Shown here piece after piece: positions 28,220 to 38,507 of a stretch of DNA of 64,000 bases (within the stretch, counting starts at the first letter, position 1; each line of letters opens with the position of its first letter). The notes beneath the pieces were generated by a model. It ran no database searches, was not told the DNA's origin, and saw only the letters and a program-made list of their open reading frames with translations. The stretch covers positions 28,892 to 92,891 of the forward strand of contig JAWSUS010000010.1 in the NCBI GenBank assembly GCA_033549025.1, given 5' to 3'. Made by a program: the position numbers and the translations under genes. This stretch comes from Desulfuromonadales bacterium (GTDB taxonomy: Bacteria > Desulfobacterota > Desulfuromonadia > Desulfuromonadales > SZUA-540).

Positions 28220-29593
28220 TCAGCCGATCATGATGTTTTCTTCCGCGTAACGCGGCGCATGACGCCGGGTTCGACCGGCAATAGCGAAGGCGACGGTCAA
28301 GAGGCCGACGCGGCCGACAAACATGAGCAGGATGACAATCCCTTTCCCCCAGCCTCCCAGGCTGGCTGTCGCGCCGGTGGAAAGACCCACGGTGCCGAAG
28401 GCGGAGACAGCCTCGAACGCGAAGTTGAGGAACTCCCGCGCGTCATCCCCGGGGGCGCTCGGGACATGCACGATCAACAGGCCGAAGAGAGCCAGACCGA
28501 TGAGGATGACGGCGAGGATGACCAGCGACAGGGCCTTGGCGATGACATCATCGGGGATGGTCCGTCGGAAGATGCTGATGTGGGGCGAACCCTTGAGCCG
28601 GCTGTAAAACACGGCGAAAAAGAGTGCTAGGCTGGTGGTTTTAACCCCCCCTCCCGCCGAGCCGGGGGAGGCGCCGATGAACATCAGAAACATCATGAGA
28701 AAAAGGGTGGGAACCCGAAAGTGGTTGAGGTCTATGGTATTGAAACCGGCGGTGCGGGTGGTCACCGACTGAAATAAGGACGTCCAGAAGCTCTCCAGAT
28801 GCGACATGCCGGCCAAAGAGTGCCCGCTCTCCAACAAAAGGATGCAGACCGTGCCGTAGAGAATGAGAAAGGCGGTGGTGCTGAGCACGATACGGCTGTG
28901 CAGGGAGAGCCGCGGCTTTTTCTGTGTTTTCGGGGTGGAGAGAATCTGCCGCAGTTCGCGGATGACCAGAAAACCGATACCGCCCAGAATGATGAGGGCC
29001 ATGATCGTCAGGTTGACCAGGGGATCGTCGCGAAAGGCGACCAGGCTGTCGGGGTAAAGAGAAAAACCCGCATTGCAGAAAGCGGAGATGGCGTGAAAAA
29101 AGGCGCTGTAGACCCCCTCGGCCAGGCCCAGTCTGGGCACGAAAGCCAAAGACAGCAGCACCGTGCCGATTGCCTCGATCACCAGGGTCATCAGAAAGAT
29201 GCCCTTAATCAGCTCCCGCCAGGAACTGATGGGGGTGTGCATCAGGGTTTCGTGGATGATCCAGCGCCCGCGGGCACTGATGCCGACCCGCAGGTAGATG
29301 AAGAGATAGACGGAGAAGGTCATGATGCCCAGGCCGCCCACCTGGATGAGGAGCAGGATCACTCCCTGGCCGAAGAGGCTGAAGCGGGTACCCGTATCGA
29401 CCACGGCCAGACCGGTGACACACTGGGCCGAGGTGGCGGTGAAGAGGGCGTCGAGAAAAGACAAGGGCTCACCGTTGACCGCCAGAGGCGTCCGCAGGAG
29501 CAGGGCGCCGATGAGAATGGCCACGGCATAATAGGTAACAAGGGCCTGGGCGGGGGAGAGAGCCTTGAGCCGGCCCAGCAGGGTGGATTTCAT
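28220..29593 (-). CDS. ktrB: K+ uptake membrane subunit KtrB/TrkH
   Basis: Four selectivity loops: CVTGL, FCNAGF, RTAGF, FGTVGLS; GASPGSAGGGVK. Confidence 0.92.
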   Translation of the reverse strand: MKSTLLGRLKALSPAQALVTYYAVAILIGALLLRTPLAVNGEPLSFLDALFTATSAQCVTGLAVVDTGTRFSLFGQGVILLLIQVGGLGIMTFSVYLFIYLRVGISARGRWIIHETLMHTPISSWRELIKGIFLMTLVIEAIGTVLLSLAFVPRLGLAEGVYSAFFHAISAFCNAGFSLYPDSLVAFRDDPLVNLTIMALIILGGIGFLVIRELRQILSTPKTQKKPRLSLHSRIVLSTTAFLILYGTVCILLLESGHSLAGMSHLESFWTSLFQSVTTRTAGFNTIDLNHFRVPTLFLMMFLMFIGASPGSAGGGVKTTSLALFFAVFYSRLKGSPHISIFRRTIPDDVIAKALSLVILAVILIGLALFGLLIVHVPSAPGDDAREFLNFAFEAVSAFGTVGLSTGATASLGGWGKGIVILLMFVGRVGLLTVAFAIAGRTRRHAPRYAEENIMIG

Positions 29594-29710
29594 GAAGGAG
29601 GCCCATCCTTTCCGTCGTTTTAATCAGGGGAACGACGAAGAGGAATTTTAGCATCGAATGGTGCAGGGTGGCAGAAAAAAATTCCCGGAACCCCAAAAGG
29701 AGGGAAGGGC

Positions 29711-30460
29711 CTAAACCCGCTTGCTGCTGCGAAACTTTTTCAGCCAGACCTGCAGCTCTTCCTCCTCGTGTTCCAGCTCAAAGGCGTTGATCAGCCCCCG
29801 GCGCAGGGCAACGGATACCGCCCGGTTGCGCAGGTTGAAGGCATCGCCGAACTTTTCACTGTGAAATTGCTCCTGATCGAGGCCCAGCTTGGTGTAGAGG
29901 GTGTTGAGGCGGCTCTGCACGCCCCGGCGGGACAGGTAGCGGCGCTGGGCGATGAGGTTGTCGGTCAGGCCGAGAGAAATGTCCACCAGGGCCTCGTATT
30001 CGATATCGGACAGAGCGGTCTGGCGGTGGCCGGCCCGGCCCTGAACTTTGCGCACCTCGGGGTCGATCCAGCACTGCTCGTCGATGAGTACGGTCTGCAC
30101 CGCCGAGGCGATGCGCTCGCGGGTGTTGGATTTGAGCACGTAGCCGTACACCGTCTCCGGCGGCACGATGCTGGTCAGGGCGCGCACGTACATTTCATCC
30201 TTGTACTGGCTCCAGAAGATGATGCGGGCCATGGGTTTCTGTTCCCAGAGGGCACGGGCGAATTCAATGCCGTTGAGCTCGGGCATCTGGATGTCGCTGA
30301 TCACCAGGGGCGTGTCCAGGCGCTGCGCCTTTTCCAGCGCGACTTTGCCGTTGTGGGCCCGTTCGATCTGGCAGGGGACTTCCAGTCCCTGCACGAGCTG
30401 TTCGAGAAATTCGAAGTCCTTGGGATTGTCGTCGGCGATAAGAATGGTCAGGGGATCCAT
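29711..30460 (-). CDS. NarL/LuxR-like response regulator
   Basis: REC (DD, DIQMP, K) plus a C-terminal HTH-like region. Confidence 0.85.
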   Translation of the reverse strand: MDPLTILIADDNPKDFEFLEQLVQGLEVPCQIERAHNGKVALEKAQRLDTPLVISDIQMPELNGIEFARALWEQKPMARIIFWSQYKDEMYVRALTSIVPPETVYGYVLKSNTRERIASAVQTVLIDEQCWIDPEVRKVQGRAGHRQTALSDIEYEALVDISLGLTDNLIAQRRYLSRRGVQSRLNTLYTKLGLDQEQFHSEKFGDAFNLRNRAVSVALRRGLINAFELEHEEEELQVWLKKFRSSKRV

Positions 30461-30465
30461 GGAGA

Positions 30466-31845
30466 TCAGTCCTCCTGCGGATGGGATTTAAGGGGCATTA
30501 TCAGTTCGAAACGGGTGCCGGTGGAGAAGCGGGACGGTCCCCACTGAACGGTGGAGCCGATGACCTTGGCCCGTTCGCGGATATTATGCAGTCCGCGCCC
30601 GGATCGCCCGTTCTGTGGCGGGGCGGTAAAGCCGACGCCGTTGTCTTCGACGGAGAGCACCAGTTCGCCGTTGCGGACATCCAGATTGACCTCATAGCGG
30701 CTGGCCTGGGCGTGGCGGATCACGTTGTGAATGGCCTCGATGGCGATGCGGTAAAGATTGAGGCGGTCCAGCCGGGCCAGGGGCGCGCGGTCGGCCTCGG
30801 GGGATATGTAAAGATGGTATTCGGGCAGGTTCCCTTTGGAAAAGTGCCTTTCCAGATGGGATTCCAGCGCCGCCCCCAGGCCGAGGATGTCGAGGGTCTG
30901 CGGATGGAGATTGTCCATGATCTCCCGCAGGTTGGCCATGGCCCGCTGCAGATCTTCCTCCAGCCGGAGCCCTTCGGCCCCTTCAGGATTTTTCGCCCGC
31001 ATGTCCTGAATGCCGCGCAGCACCGAAGAGAGATCGGAGAGGGTCTGATCGTGAATGTCCATGGCGATGCGACGCCGTTCCTCTTCCGCCCCTTCGAGCA
31101 GCTTTTCGGTACCGATAACGCGGATCAGCTGATCGGTCATGCGGTTGATGGACAGGGCCAGCTCGTCCAGCTCATCATCAACGCGGGTCGGCGGCGTCAA
31201 CGGGGTCAGGTCGCCGCCGGCGATGCGACCGGCACTGTCGGAAATGGATTGGATGCGCTTGAGAATCCGGCGTCCGAAAAACCGGGAAAGGAGAATGCCG
31301 AGCAGCAGCGCCGCCCCCAATACCACCAGGGAGACCAGGGCCGTGTGTTCCACCAGCTCGTCAATGTCCTTGGTCTGGGTGTTGCGCAGCCGTTCGCGCC
31401 GGTCCTGGGCCATCTCCACCAGGGAAACCAGTTGCGGACGCAACAGGGAGAGGGCGTCCAGGAGTTTTTTCGAGTTCAGACCGTCTTCGGGATTCAGGTC
31501 GTCGACGGCCTGGGAGAGCAGGGCCCGGGTACTTTCCGGCAGAATCAGCAGATCTTTGACGCGGACGATGGCTTCGGCCAGATGCCGGTGCAGCTGAATC
31601 ATCTCTTCGAGCACCCGGATATCGACGAAATGCTCACGGGCCAGCTGCAGGGAGATGCCCTGCATACGCTGCGAGGCCAGGTCGGCTTCGGCCAGAGCGA
31701 TGAAGACCATGCCCAGACGGCGGGCTTCCTGCCGTTTGACGGACAGATCCCAGTAGGTGTACTGGAGAAAAGCCAGGGCCAGAGACATCAGCAGCAGGAC
31801 GGTGGCCGGGGCGAGAATGATTTGGTGTTTAAGGGCAAGGCGCAT
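30466..31845 (-). CDS. Membrane sensor histidine kinase (HAMP, HisKA_3, HATPase)
   Basis: EEERRRIAMDIHD, EAIHNVIRHA, VEDNGVGF, GRGL; start ATG31845. Confidence 0.9.
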   Translation of the reverse strand: MRLALKHQIILAPATVLLLMSLALAFLQYTYWDLSVKRQEARRLGMVFIALAEADLASQRMQGISLQLAREHFVDIRVLEEMIQLHRHLAEAIVRVKDLLILPESTRALLSQAVDDLNPEDGLNSKKLLDALSLLRPQLVSLVEMAQDRRERLRNTQTKDIDELVEHTALVSLVVLGAALLLGILLSRFFGRRILKRIQSISDSAGRIAGGDLTPLTPPTRVDDELDELALSINRMTDQLIRVIGTEKLLEGAEEERRRIAMDIHDQTLSDLSSVLRGIQDMRAKNPEGAEGLRLEEDLQRAMANLREIMDNLHPQTLDILGLGAALESHLERHFSKGNLPEYHLYISPEADRAPLARLDRLNLYRIAIEAIHNVIRHAQASRYEVNLDVRNGELVLSVEDNGVGFTAPPQNGRSGRGLHNIRERAKVIGSTVQWGPSRFSTGTRFELIMPLKSHPQED

Positions 31846-31929
31846 GGCGGAACGATAGCACAGCCCCGCAAGAAATACACTGTGCTTTTGCACAGATAGG
31901 ATAGCCGATAAAGACGCCTGTCTGGCGGC

Positions 31930-34194
31930 TTATGGCCGCTGCGGCATGTCGTGCTCAGCCTGTTGGGCGATAAAGGAGTCCAGCGCTGCGACAGGCAGGG
32001 GAGGCGAGCAGAGAAAACCCTGCATGTCGGTACAGCCTTTTTCCAGAAGATAGTCGAGCTGCGCTTTTGTTTCGACCCCCTCGGCCAACACCTGGAGGTT
32101 GAGACTGCGGGCCAGGGCGATAACTGAGGCGGTGATGGCGGCATCGTCACGGTTTTCGGGGACCCCACGGATGAAGGACTGATCGATTTTGAGGCGATCG
32201 ATGGGAAAGTGCTTGAGGTAGTTGAGGGACGAGTAGCCGGTGCCGAAATCGTCGATGGACAGGCGAATGCCGAGTGCGCGAAGGCCCCGGAGGGTCTCTA
32301 TGGTTTCTTCGGCGTTATCCATCAGCATGCTTTCCGTCAGTTCCAGTTCCAGGCAGCGGGGATTCAGACCCGTTTCGGCCAGGGTCTGCTGGATGGTCTG
32401 GACCAGGTTGGGCTCCTTGAACTGTTTCGGCGACAGGTTGACGGACATGGTGACCGGTCCCAGCTTGTTCTCCAAGGCCAGACTCTGTTCACAGGCGGCC
32501 TTGAGCACCCAGCGGCCGATAGGCAGGATAAGGCCGGTTTCCTCAGCCAGAGGGATGAATTTGCCCGGGAGAATCAGCCCGCTTTCAGGATGGTTCCAGC
32601 GCAGCAGGGCTTCAAAGCCGAGAAGCCGGTTCTGCGCCATATCCAGCTGGGGCTGATATTCCAGAAACAGCTCATCTCTTTCCAGGGCCAGGCGCAGATC
32701 GTTGCTCAAGAGCAATCGCTGCAGAGCCTTGGCGTTCATCTCGTCGGAGAAAAACTGGTAGGTGTTGCGACCCCGGTTTTTGGCCTGGTACATGGCGGCG
32801 TCGGCATTTTTGAGCAGGGTGTCGGCATCCCTGCCGCTGCGCGGGAAGAGGGCGAGGCCCAGGCTGGGTGTTACGGTGACGTCGATTTGCCGCAGGGCGA
32901 AGGGTGGGGAAAATCGCTCCAGCACCTTTTCGGCGATAATGACGGCATCGTCTTCGGTCTTGAGGTCTGGCAGGAGAAAGGCGAATTCGTCGCCGCCAAA
33001 ACGGGAAACGGTATCGCTGTCCCGCACGGACGAGGCCAGACGCTGACCCACCTCCTTGAGCAGCAAATCGCCCTGGGCGTGTCCGAGGGAGTCGTTGATG
33101 GATTTAAAGTTGTCGAGGTCGAGAAAGGCGACGCCGACCAGATGCTTGTGCCGCCGGGCCCGGGCCAGTTCCTGCTCAAGACGATCGTAAAAAAGGTCGC
33201 GGTTCGGCAGGTCGGTCAGCGTGTCGTAATAGGCCAGACGCTCGATGCGGGCCTCGGTTTTCTTGCGCTCAGTGATATCCCGGAAGATGCCGCGAGTGGC
33301 GACCGGTTGCCCGTTTTCAAAGCGGCAGTTGACGCTCCCCTCGATGAGCAGTTTCTCGCCCTTCTTGGTAACGAAGGTGGCTTCGAGTCGGCCCACCGTC
33401 TTGCCGTCCAGCAGTTCCTGGAACGTCAGAAAACAGTGATCGGCGCTGTCGCTGTGAATGAGCTGGGCTATGTGGAGATTCTGGGATTCTTCCAGGGTGT
33501 AGCCCAACGCCTCGCGCCAGGCCCGGTTGACATAGAGGATTTTTCCTTCAGGCGAGGTGCTCTGGATGAGGTCGTTGGCATTTTCCAGCAGATCGAGATA
33601 GCGGGACTCGCTGTCCCGTAGCTCCTGCTCGATGCGACGGCGCTCGGTGATGTCGCGGATGCTGCCGCGAATGGCGATGCGGCCCTTGGCCGTCTGAATG
33701 GGGCGGCAGGTGTGCTCGATCCAGCGCAGCCTGCCCTCACGAGTGAACAGCCGCAACTCCCGACAGGACTCGGCCAGCGCGCTGCTTGCATTCTCCCGCT
33801 GCTCCCGCCAGATGGGCAGGTCGTCGGGATGAATGATTTTTTCCACCAGCCCGGGTTCTTCGTGGAACTCCTGGGGCGCATATCCGGAGATGGAGAGACA
33901 GGCCGGGGACATATAAGAGAAGCTGCCGTCGAATCTTTGCAGGTAGACACAGTCGGAGGCGAAGTCGGAGATGAGCCGGTAGCGGGCGGTGGCGCGCTGC
34001 AGGCGGATATGCCAGAGCCCGAAAAGCAGACCAAAACAGCTGCCGATGAGGGAAGGCAGGAGATAGCCGCGGGGCGTGAGCGCAAATTCGGGACCACCCA
34101 GAATCCACTTTTGCAAGGTCGAAAGGACCAGAAGAAACAGCAACCCGGCCAAAATGGAGCGGAGGAGGAAAAAAACAGTTGATTTTCTCGTCAT
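31930..34194 (-). CDS. Membrane PAS-PAS-GGDEF-EAL protein
   Basis: Two N-terminal TMs, two PAS/PAC, RDSD I-site plus [20 protein letters not shown]. Confidence 0.92.
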   Translation of the reverse strand: MTRKSTVFFLLRSILAGLLFLLVLSTLQKWILGGPEFALTPRGYLLPSLIGSCFGLLFGLWHIRLQRATARYRLISDFASDCVYLQRFDGSFSYMSPACLSISGYAPQEFHEEPGLVEKIIHPDDLPIWREQRENASSALAESCRELRLFTREGRLRWIEHTCRPIQTAKGRIAIRGSIRDITERRRIEQELRDSESRYLDLLENANDLIQSTSPEGKILYVNRAWREALGYTLEESQNLHIAQLIHSDSADHCFLTFQELLDGKTVGRLEATFVTKKGEKLLIEGSVNCRFENGQPVATRGIFRDITERKKTEARIERLAYYDTLTDLPNRDLFYDRLEQELARARRHKHLVGVAFLDLDNFKSINDSLGHAQGDLLLKEVGQRLASSVRDSDTVSRFGGDEFAFLLPDLKTEDDAVIIAEKVLERFSPPFALRQIDVTVTPSLGLALFPRSGRDADTLLKNADAAMYQAKNRGRNTYQFFSDEMNAKALQRLLLSNDLRLALERDELFLEYQPQLDMAQNRLLGFEALLRWNHPESGLILPGKFIPLAEETGLILPIGRWVLKAACEQSLALENKLGPVTMSVNLSPKQFKEPNLVQTIQQTLAETGLNPRCLELELTESMLMDNAEETIETLRGLRALGIRLSIDDFGTGYSSLNYLKHFPIDRLKIDQSFIRGVPENRDDAAITASVIALARSLNLQVLAEGVETKAQLDYLLEKGCTDMQGFLCSPPLPVAALDSFIAQQAEHDMPQRP

Positions 34195-35219
34195 AGGGTT
34201 GTGTCTTTCGCCGGCTCGGACCGGTTTCCTGATGAAAAGGCGCTTCTGGCCTCATTCAAAAGCATATCACCACAATGTATGTAGCGGGGTGAATGGTGAA
34301 ATACGAGCATCTTTCTGGCTTCGGCGGCTCGGGCGATCTCACCGGCCAAACGGGCGGTCAGGTGATTCCTCTTTCTGGCCCGCTCCAAGTCGGCATGGGT
34401 AAAGACCGCTTCGATGACCAAAAGATGCGCCTGCGCGGCCAGGGCGGTGATGGCTCGGATGTTGGCTGCCATAGGCGAGACATCCGTAACATAGACGACC
34501 TTCATGCCCCGCTCGCTATGGGCGACTGCATTATGAAGCTGGGCTAAGGATACGTGCAAAACCCCGCCCTTGGCAAGGGGAACCTCCAGCCGGGTCTCCC
34601 GATCAACACCCTGACGCCAAAGATCCTTGAAGCGGGTCAGCCAAGGGCCAGGTAAAAATCCCTCCCTTTCAAGGGCGTCCTTGTGAATGGCGATATGCAG
34701 GGATTCCTCCAGGCTGAAAGCCAGCGAAACAATGTCTCCGTGGGTCAGAGGAACGGCCCGTATCTGATAATGAGGGCTCCGGTGCAGGACCCCGCCCGAG
34801 CAGTCAAATTCTCCGATGGGTTGAGGTGCAAAGGCCCTGGAAGCCTCGAATCGGACCTCCTGGCCGGACCCTTCGCCCCATTCCCGCACGATCAGGGTGA
34901 AGGCCAGGTCATCGAAGAGATTCCAGGTGTAACCAGCCAACCGGTGGGTTATGCGGCTGATGATGCCGGGCGGGCCGTAGAGATAAAGGGTGTGGTCGCT
35001 GTAAAGAAAGCCGCGCAGCAGGCTGTCGAAGCCGATGAGGTGGTCGATGTGGGCATGGGAGATGAAAACGGCGCTGATGCGGCTGCGGCATCCCGGCGAC
35101 AGCCGGTGCAGGTCGCCGCAGTCAAAGAGCAGCGCTTCCCGGTGGTGCGCGTGGCGGACGTAGAGCGCCGGATCGCCGAAGGGGCCGTTAATCAGTTTTG
35201 GGTAGAAAACGGAACGCAT
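34191..35219 (-). CDS. RNase Z-like metallo-beta-lactamase-fold protein
   Basis: NGPFGDP, SHAHIDH (HxHxDH), YVTD, IEA, HLT, HHSPRY; start ATG35219. Confidence 0.82.
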   Translation of the reverse strand: MRSVFYPKLINGPFGDPALYVRHAHHREALLFDCGDLHRLSPGCRSRISAVFISHAHIDHLIGFDSLLRGFLYSDHTLYLYGPPGIISRITHRLAGYTWNLFDDLAFTLIVREWGEGSGQEVRFEASRAFAPQPIGEFDCSGGVLHRSPHYQIRAVPLTHGDIVSLAFSLEESLHIAIHKDALEREGFLPGPWLTRFKDLWRQGVDRETRLEVPLAKGGVLHVSLAQLHNAVAHSERGMKVVYVTDVSPMAANIRAITALAAQAHLLVIEAVFTHADLERARKRNHLTARLAGEIARAAEARKMLVFHHSPRYIHCGDMLLNEARSAFSSGNRSEPAKDTTL

Positions 35220-35397
35220 GCCGCAGGCTCTCTCCCAACGGGGCAGGTTTAAAGTCGCCAGCTCTTTGCGGGCTCTCATCGGCCATAAAAATATTGCCGA
35301 GGGATCTATTGACAGTTTTCGGCTTCCGGTTAATTTTACTTTAACATGAAATGCCCCTGATCCGCCGGGGAATAGGCCGGCGCCCTAAAAGGAGAAG

Positions 35398-36870
35398 ATG
35401 CTGATGAAACAAGGTGCAAAAAGATGGCTGCTGGCGACCCTGGGAGTGCTCATCCTCCTGGGTGGCGGTACGGTCTCGGCCCAGACCGAGGTCTTCAACG
35501 TAGACAGGGAACTCTATCCCTATTATCCCTCACTCCTCAAATGGAACAAGTCGGGCGCCGAATTCACCGAGCCCGAAACCTGCGGGGGCTGTCATCCCCA
35601 GCAGTATGAAGAGTGGACGGGGTCGGTGCATGCCCTGGCCTTTCAGGACCCGGTCTATCAGGGCGAGCTGGTCCTGGCGGTCAAAGCGGTGGGGCACAAT
35701 ATCTCGCGGCAGTGTGAAGGCTGCCACTCCCCCGCCGGCGTCGTCACGGGTGAAATCAAAGGGCCGGGCCTTCAAGGACTCAGCCCCATGGCGATGGCCG
35801 GGGTCTCCTGCGACATCTGCCACTCCGTCAGCGGCGTGACCCATTGGCAGACGCCTTCCCACGAACCGGAAAACGGCTCGATGATTTTAACCCCCGGCGT
35901 CGAAACGCTCGATGGCACCGTCTTGATCAAGAGAGGTCCGTCGGCGCCGGAAGATGGCTGCGGCGGCGGTTTCCATGAATGTGAACAGTCCGATCTGCAT
36001 CAGCGGGCCGATCTGTGCGCATCCTGCCACCAGGTCTATCACTACGCGGCGCATTACCCCCTGGAAGCGACTTATGTGGAATGGAAGCATGGCCCCTACG
36101 CCCAGCAGGGCATTCTCTGCCAGGACTGTCACATGGTGGATACGCCGACCTTCCTGCGCACCGCCGATACCTTTGAAAAGCCCCAGCGCGGCGAGTATCA
36201 TCACTATTTCAACGGGGCCAACTATCTCCTCTATCACCTGGCCAAGGCGGCGGCCGAGAAAAGCGGGGATGCGGAGTTGGTGAAGAATCTGGACCACAAG
36301 TTCCAGATGTCCGTCGATCGCCTCAAAGCTGCGGCCGAACTCGAAATCGTTCCCATCTATGGCGAAAACGCCCTGCAGGAAGTGAAAGTGCGGGTCAAAA
36401 ATGTGCGAGCCGGGCACAACCTGCCGACCTCCCTCACCAATATCCGTGAAATGTGGCTGGAAGTGACGGTGAAGGACGACCAGGGCCAGACGCTCTACGC
36501 CAGCGGCGGTCTGAACGAGCAGGGCAGTCTGCGGGAAAATACCCGCATCTTCAATTCGGAAGGGGCGGACGATAATTTCCACTTTGTCGTCAATCCCTGG
36601 GAAATCACCTCGTTCTCCAAGCATGACACCATCCCGCCCCGGGGGTACAAGGACGTGCATTACGGCGTCGGCGGTTTGCTGAAAGAAGGGCGCCTCGATT
36701 TCGAGGTGCGCCTGCGCTACCGTCAGGCGGACCAGAAGATTGCCGAAAAGTTGTTGAGTTCGGTCCCTGCCGATATCAATCTCGAAGAAATCTACGGCCT
36801 CAAGGCCGTCCCCCAGCTTCCTGTCGTCGACATGGCCACAGCCAAAGCCAGCATCGGGGTGCGGCCCTAG
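35398..36870 (+). CDS. Periplasmic pentaheme c-type cytochrome (c554-like) with C-terminal non-heme domain
   Basis: Signal peptide; five CxxCH motifs (CGGCH, CEGCH, CDICH, CASCH, CQDCH); GHNLPT motif. Confidence 0.9.
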   Translation: MLMKQGAKRWLLATLGVLILLGGGTVSAQTEVFNVDRELYPYYPSLLKWNKSGAEFTEPETCGGCHPQQYEEWTGSVHALAFQDPVYQGELVLAVKAVGHNISRQCEGCHSPAGVVTGEIKGPGLQGLSPMAMAGVSCDICHSVSGVTHWQTPSHEPENGSMILTPGVETLDGTVLIKRGPSAPEDGCGGGFHECEQSDLHQRADLCASCHQVYHYAAHYPLEATYVEWKHGPYAQQGILCQDCHMVDTPTFLRTADTFEKPQRGEYHHYFNGANYLLYHLAKAAAEKSGDAELVKNLDHKFQMSVDRLKAAAELEIVPIYGENALQEVKVRVKNVRAGHNLPTSLTNIREMWLEVTVKDDQGQTLYASGGLNEQGSLRENTRIFNSEGADDNFHFVVNPWEITSFSKHDTIPPRGYKDVHYGVGGLLKEGRLDFEVRLRYRQADQKIAEKLLSSVPADINLEEIYGLKAVPQLPVVDMATAKASIGVRP

Positions 36871-36892
36871 GGTGAGGCTCTGATGTGCAGGT

Positions 36893-36931
36893 AAAAAAAG
36901 GGGTCCCCGCTTTCGCGCGAGGACCCCTTTT
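36893..36931. terminator. Bidirectional terminator between the cytochrome gene and degP
   Basis: A-run, GGGGTCC..GC/GC..GGACCCC stem, T-run. Confidence 0.8.
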
Positions 36932-36958
36932 AATTGAGCGCGCCGGCCGGTAAAAAGC

Positions 36959-38347
36959 CTAGCGAACTTTGACCGGCGCGTAGAAAAATCCTTCTCCCCG
37001 CTGAACCAAAAGACGGATGACATCATCCTTTTTGGTCTTGGCCAGGATCTGCTTGAAGACGCTCACCCTGGGGGTGCTGGTACCGTTCGCTTCGAGGATG
37101 AGATCCCCGGCCCGCAGGTTGGCGTCCGCCGCCGGGCCATCGGGCGCCACGGCGGTGATGAGAACTCCCTCGGTCTGTTCCAGTCCGAAGCGACGCCCCG
37201 TTTCGGCGGTGAGATCGGTAACGGAAAGGCCAAGTTGGTCGGATTCACCGCCTTGTGCCACCTGCTCGGCACCTTCCTCCTCCAACAATCCGACGACGAC
37301 CGCGAGTTTTTTCGTTTTGCCGTTGCGGAAGACCTCTACGGGAACGCTCTTGTCCACGGGGGTCGAAGCGACCAGTCGGGGCAGGTCGCTGATGTTGTCG
37401 ACCTGGTGCTTATCGAAAGAAAGAATGATGTCTCCCCGGGCAATTCCTGCTTTGTCGGCGGGCGAATCCGGCGTAACGCTGGTCACCAGAGCCCCCTGGG
37501 CCTTGTCCAGTCCAAAGGACGCCGCCAGCTCTTCGGAGACCGCCTGCACGGCAACGCCGAGCCAGCCGCGGGTGACGTGGCCCTTTTCCTTGAGCTGGGG
37601 GATGATCCCCTTGGCCAGGTCGATGGGGATGGCGAAGCCGATACCTTGACCACCCGCGACGATGGCCGTGTTGATCCCGACCACCTCCCCCTGGGCGTTA
37701 AAGAGCGGACCGCCCGAGTTGCCGGGATTGATGGAGGCGTCCGTCTGGATGAAATCGTCATAGGGGCCCGCTCCGATCACCCGGCCTTTGGCGGAGACAA
37801 TGCCGGCAGTGACGGTCTGTTCAAGGCCAAAGGGATTGCCGATGGCCATGACCCATTCCCCTACCTGCAGGCTGTCGCTGCTGCCCAGGGTGACGACCGG
37901 CAGGTCGACTCCGGCGTCGATCTTCAGCAGGGCCAGGTCGATCTTGGGATCAAGGCCTTTAATCGTTGCGGAGAAGGTGCGGCCGTCACTGAGCTGCACC
38001 TTGATTTCGTCGGCTCCGTCCACGACATGGTCATTGGTGAGGATGTAGCCGTCATGCGAGATGATGAAGCCCGAACCGAGCGAACGCTGCTTCTGGGGCA
38101 TATTGGGGTGCCCCTGAAAAAAACGGTTGAAAAAATCGTTGAAAAAGTCGTCCCTGGGGCCGCCAGGTCCGGGCATGACCGGCAGGCGCGGCTTGGTCGT
38201 CTTGGAGGTGTTGATGTTGACGACAGCCGGCTTCAGGGCCTGGGAGAGAGTGACGAAGTCGGGTGGTGTGGCCGCTGCCGGCAGGGCAAAGAGCAGGATG
38301 GCGACCAGAGCGAACCACCAGGAGAGACGAAAGGATGTTCTTTGCAT
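36959..38347 (-). CDS. degP: HtrA/DegP (Do family) serine protease with two PDZ domains
   Basis: SLGSGF, TNDHV, DLAL, TDASINPGNSGG; start ATG38347. Confidence 0.93.
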   Translation of the reverse strand: MQRTSFRLSWWFALVAILLFALPAAATPPDFVTLSQALKPAVVNINTSKTTKPRLPVMPGPGGPRDDFFNDFFNRFFQGHPNMPQKQRSLGSGFIISHDGYILTNDHVVDGADEIKVQLSDGRTFSATIKGLDPKIDLALLKIDAGVDLPVVTLGSSDSLQVGEWVMAIGNPFGLEQTVTAGIVSAKGRVIGAGPYDDFIQTDASINPGNSGGPLFNAQGEVVGINTAIVAGGQGIGFAIPIDLAKGIIPQLKEKGHVTRGWLGVAVQAVSEELAASFGLDKAQGALVTSVTPDSPADKAGIARGDIILSFDKHQVDNISDLPRLVASTPVDKSVPVEVFRNGKTKKLAVVVGLLEEEGAEQVAQGGESDQLGLSVTDLTAETGRRFGLEQTEGVLITAVAPDGPAADANLRAGDLILEANGTSTPRVSVFKQILAKTKKDDVIRLLVQRGEGFFYAPVKVR

Positions 38348-38507
38348 GCATTCCTCCTCGAAGCGAAAAAAGGGGCGGCCGAACAGGCTGGCGCAGGAAG
38401 AGCCTGCTCGGAAGAATGGACGACAGAACCTTATGTAATCACTCGGAACGTGCTTGTCAATGGCGGGCTGTGCAGAGGACTTCAGTGTGGTGCGTACAGT
38501 GAGAGAC

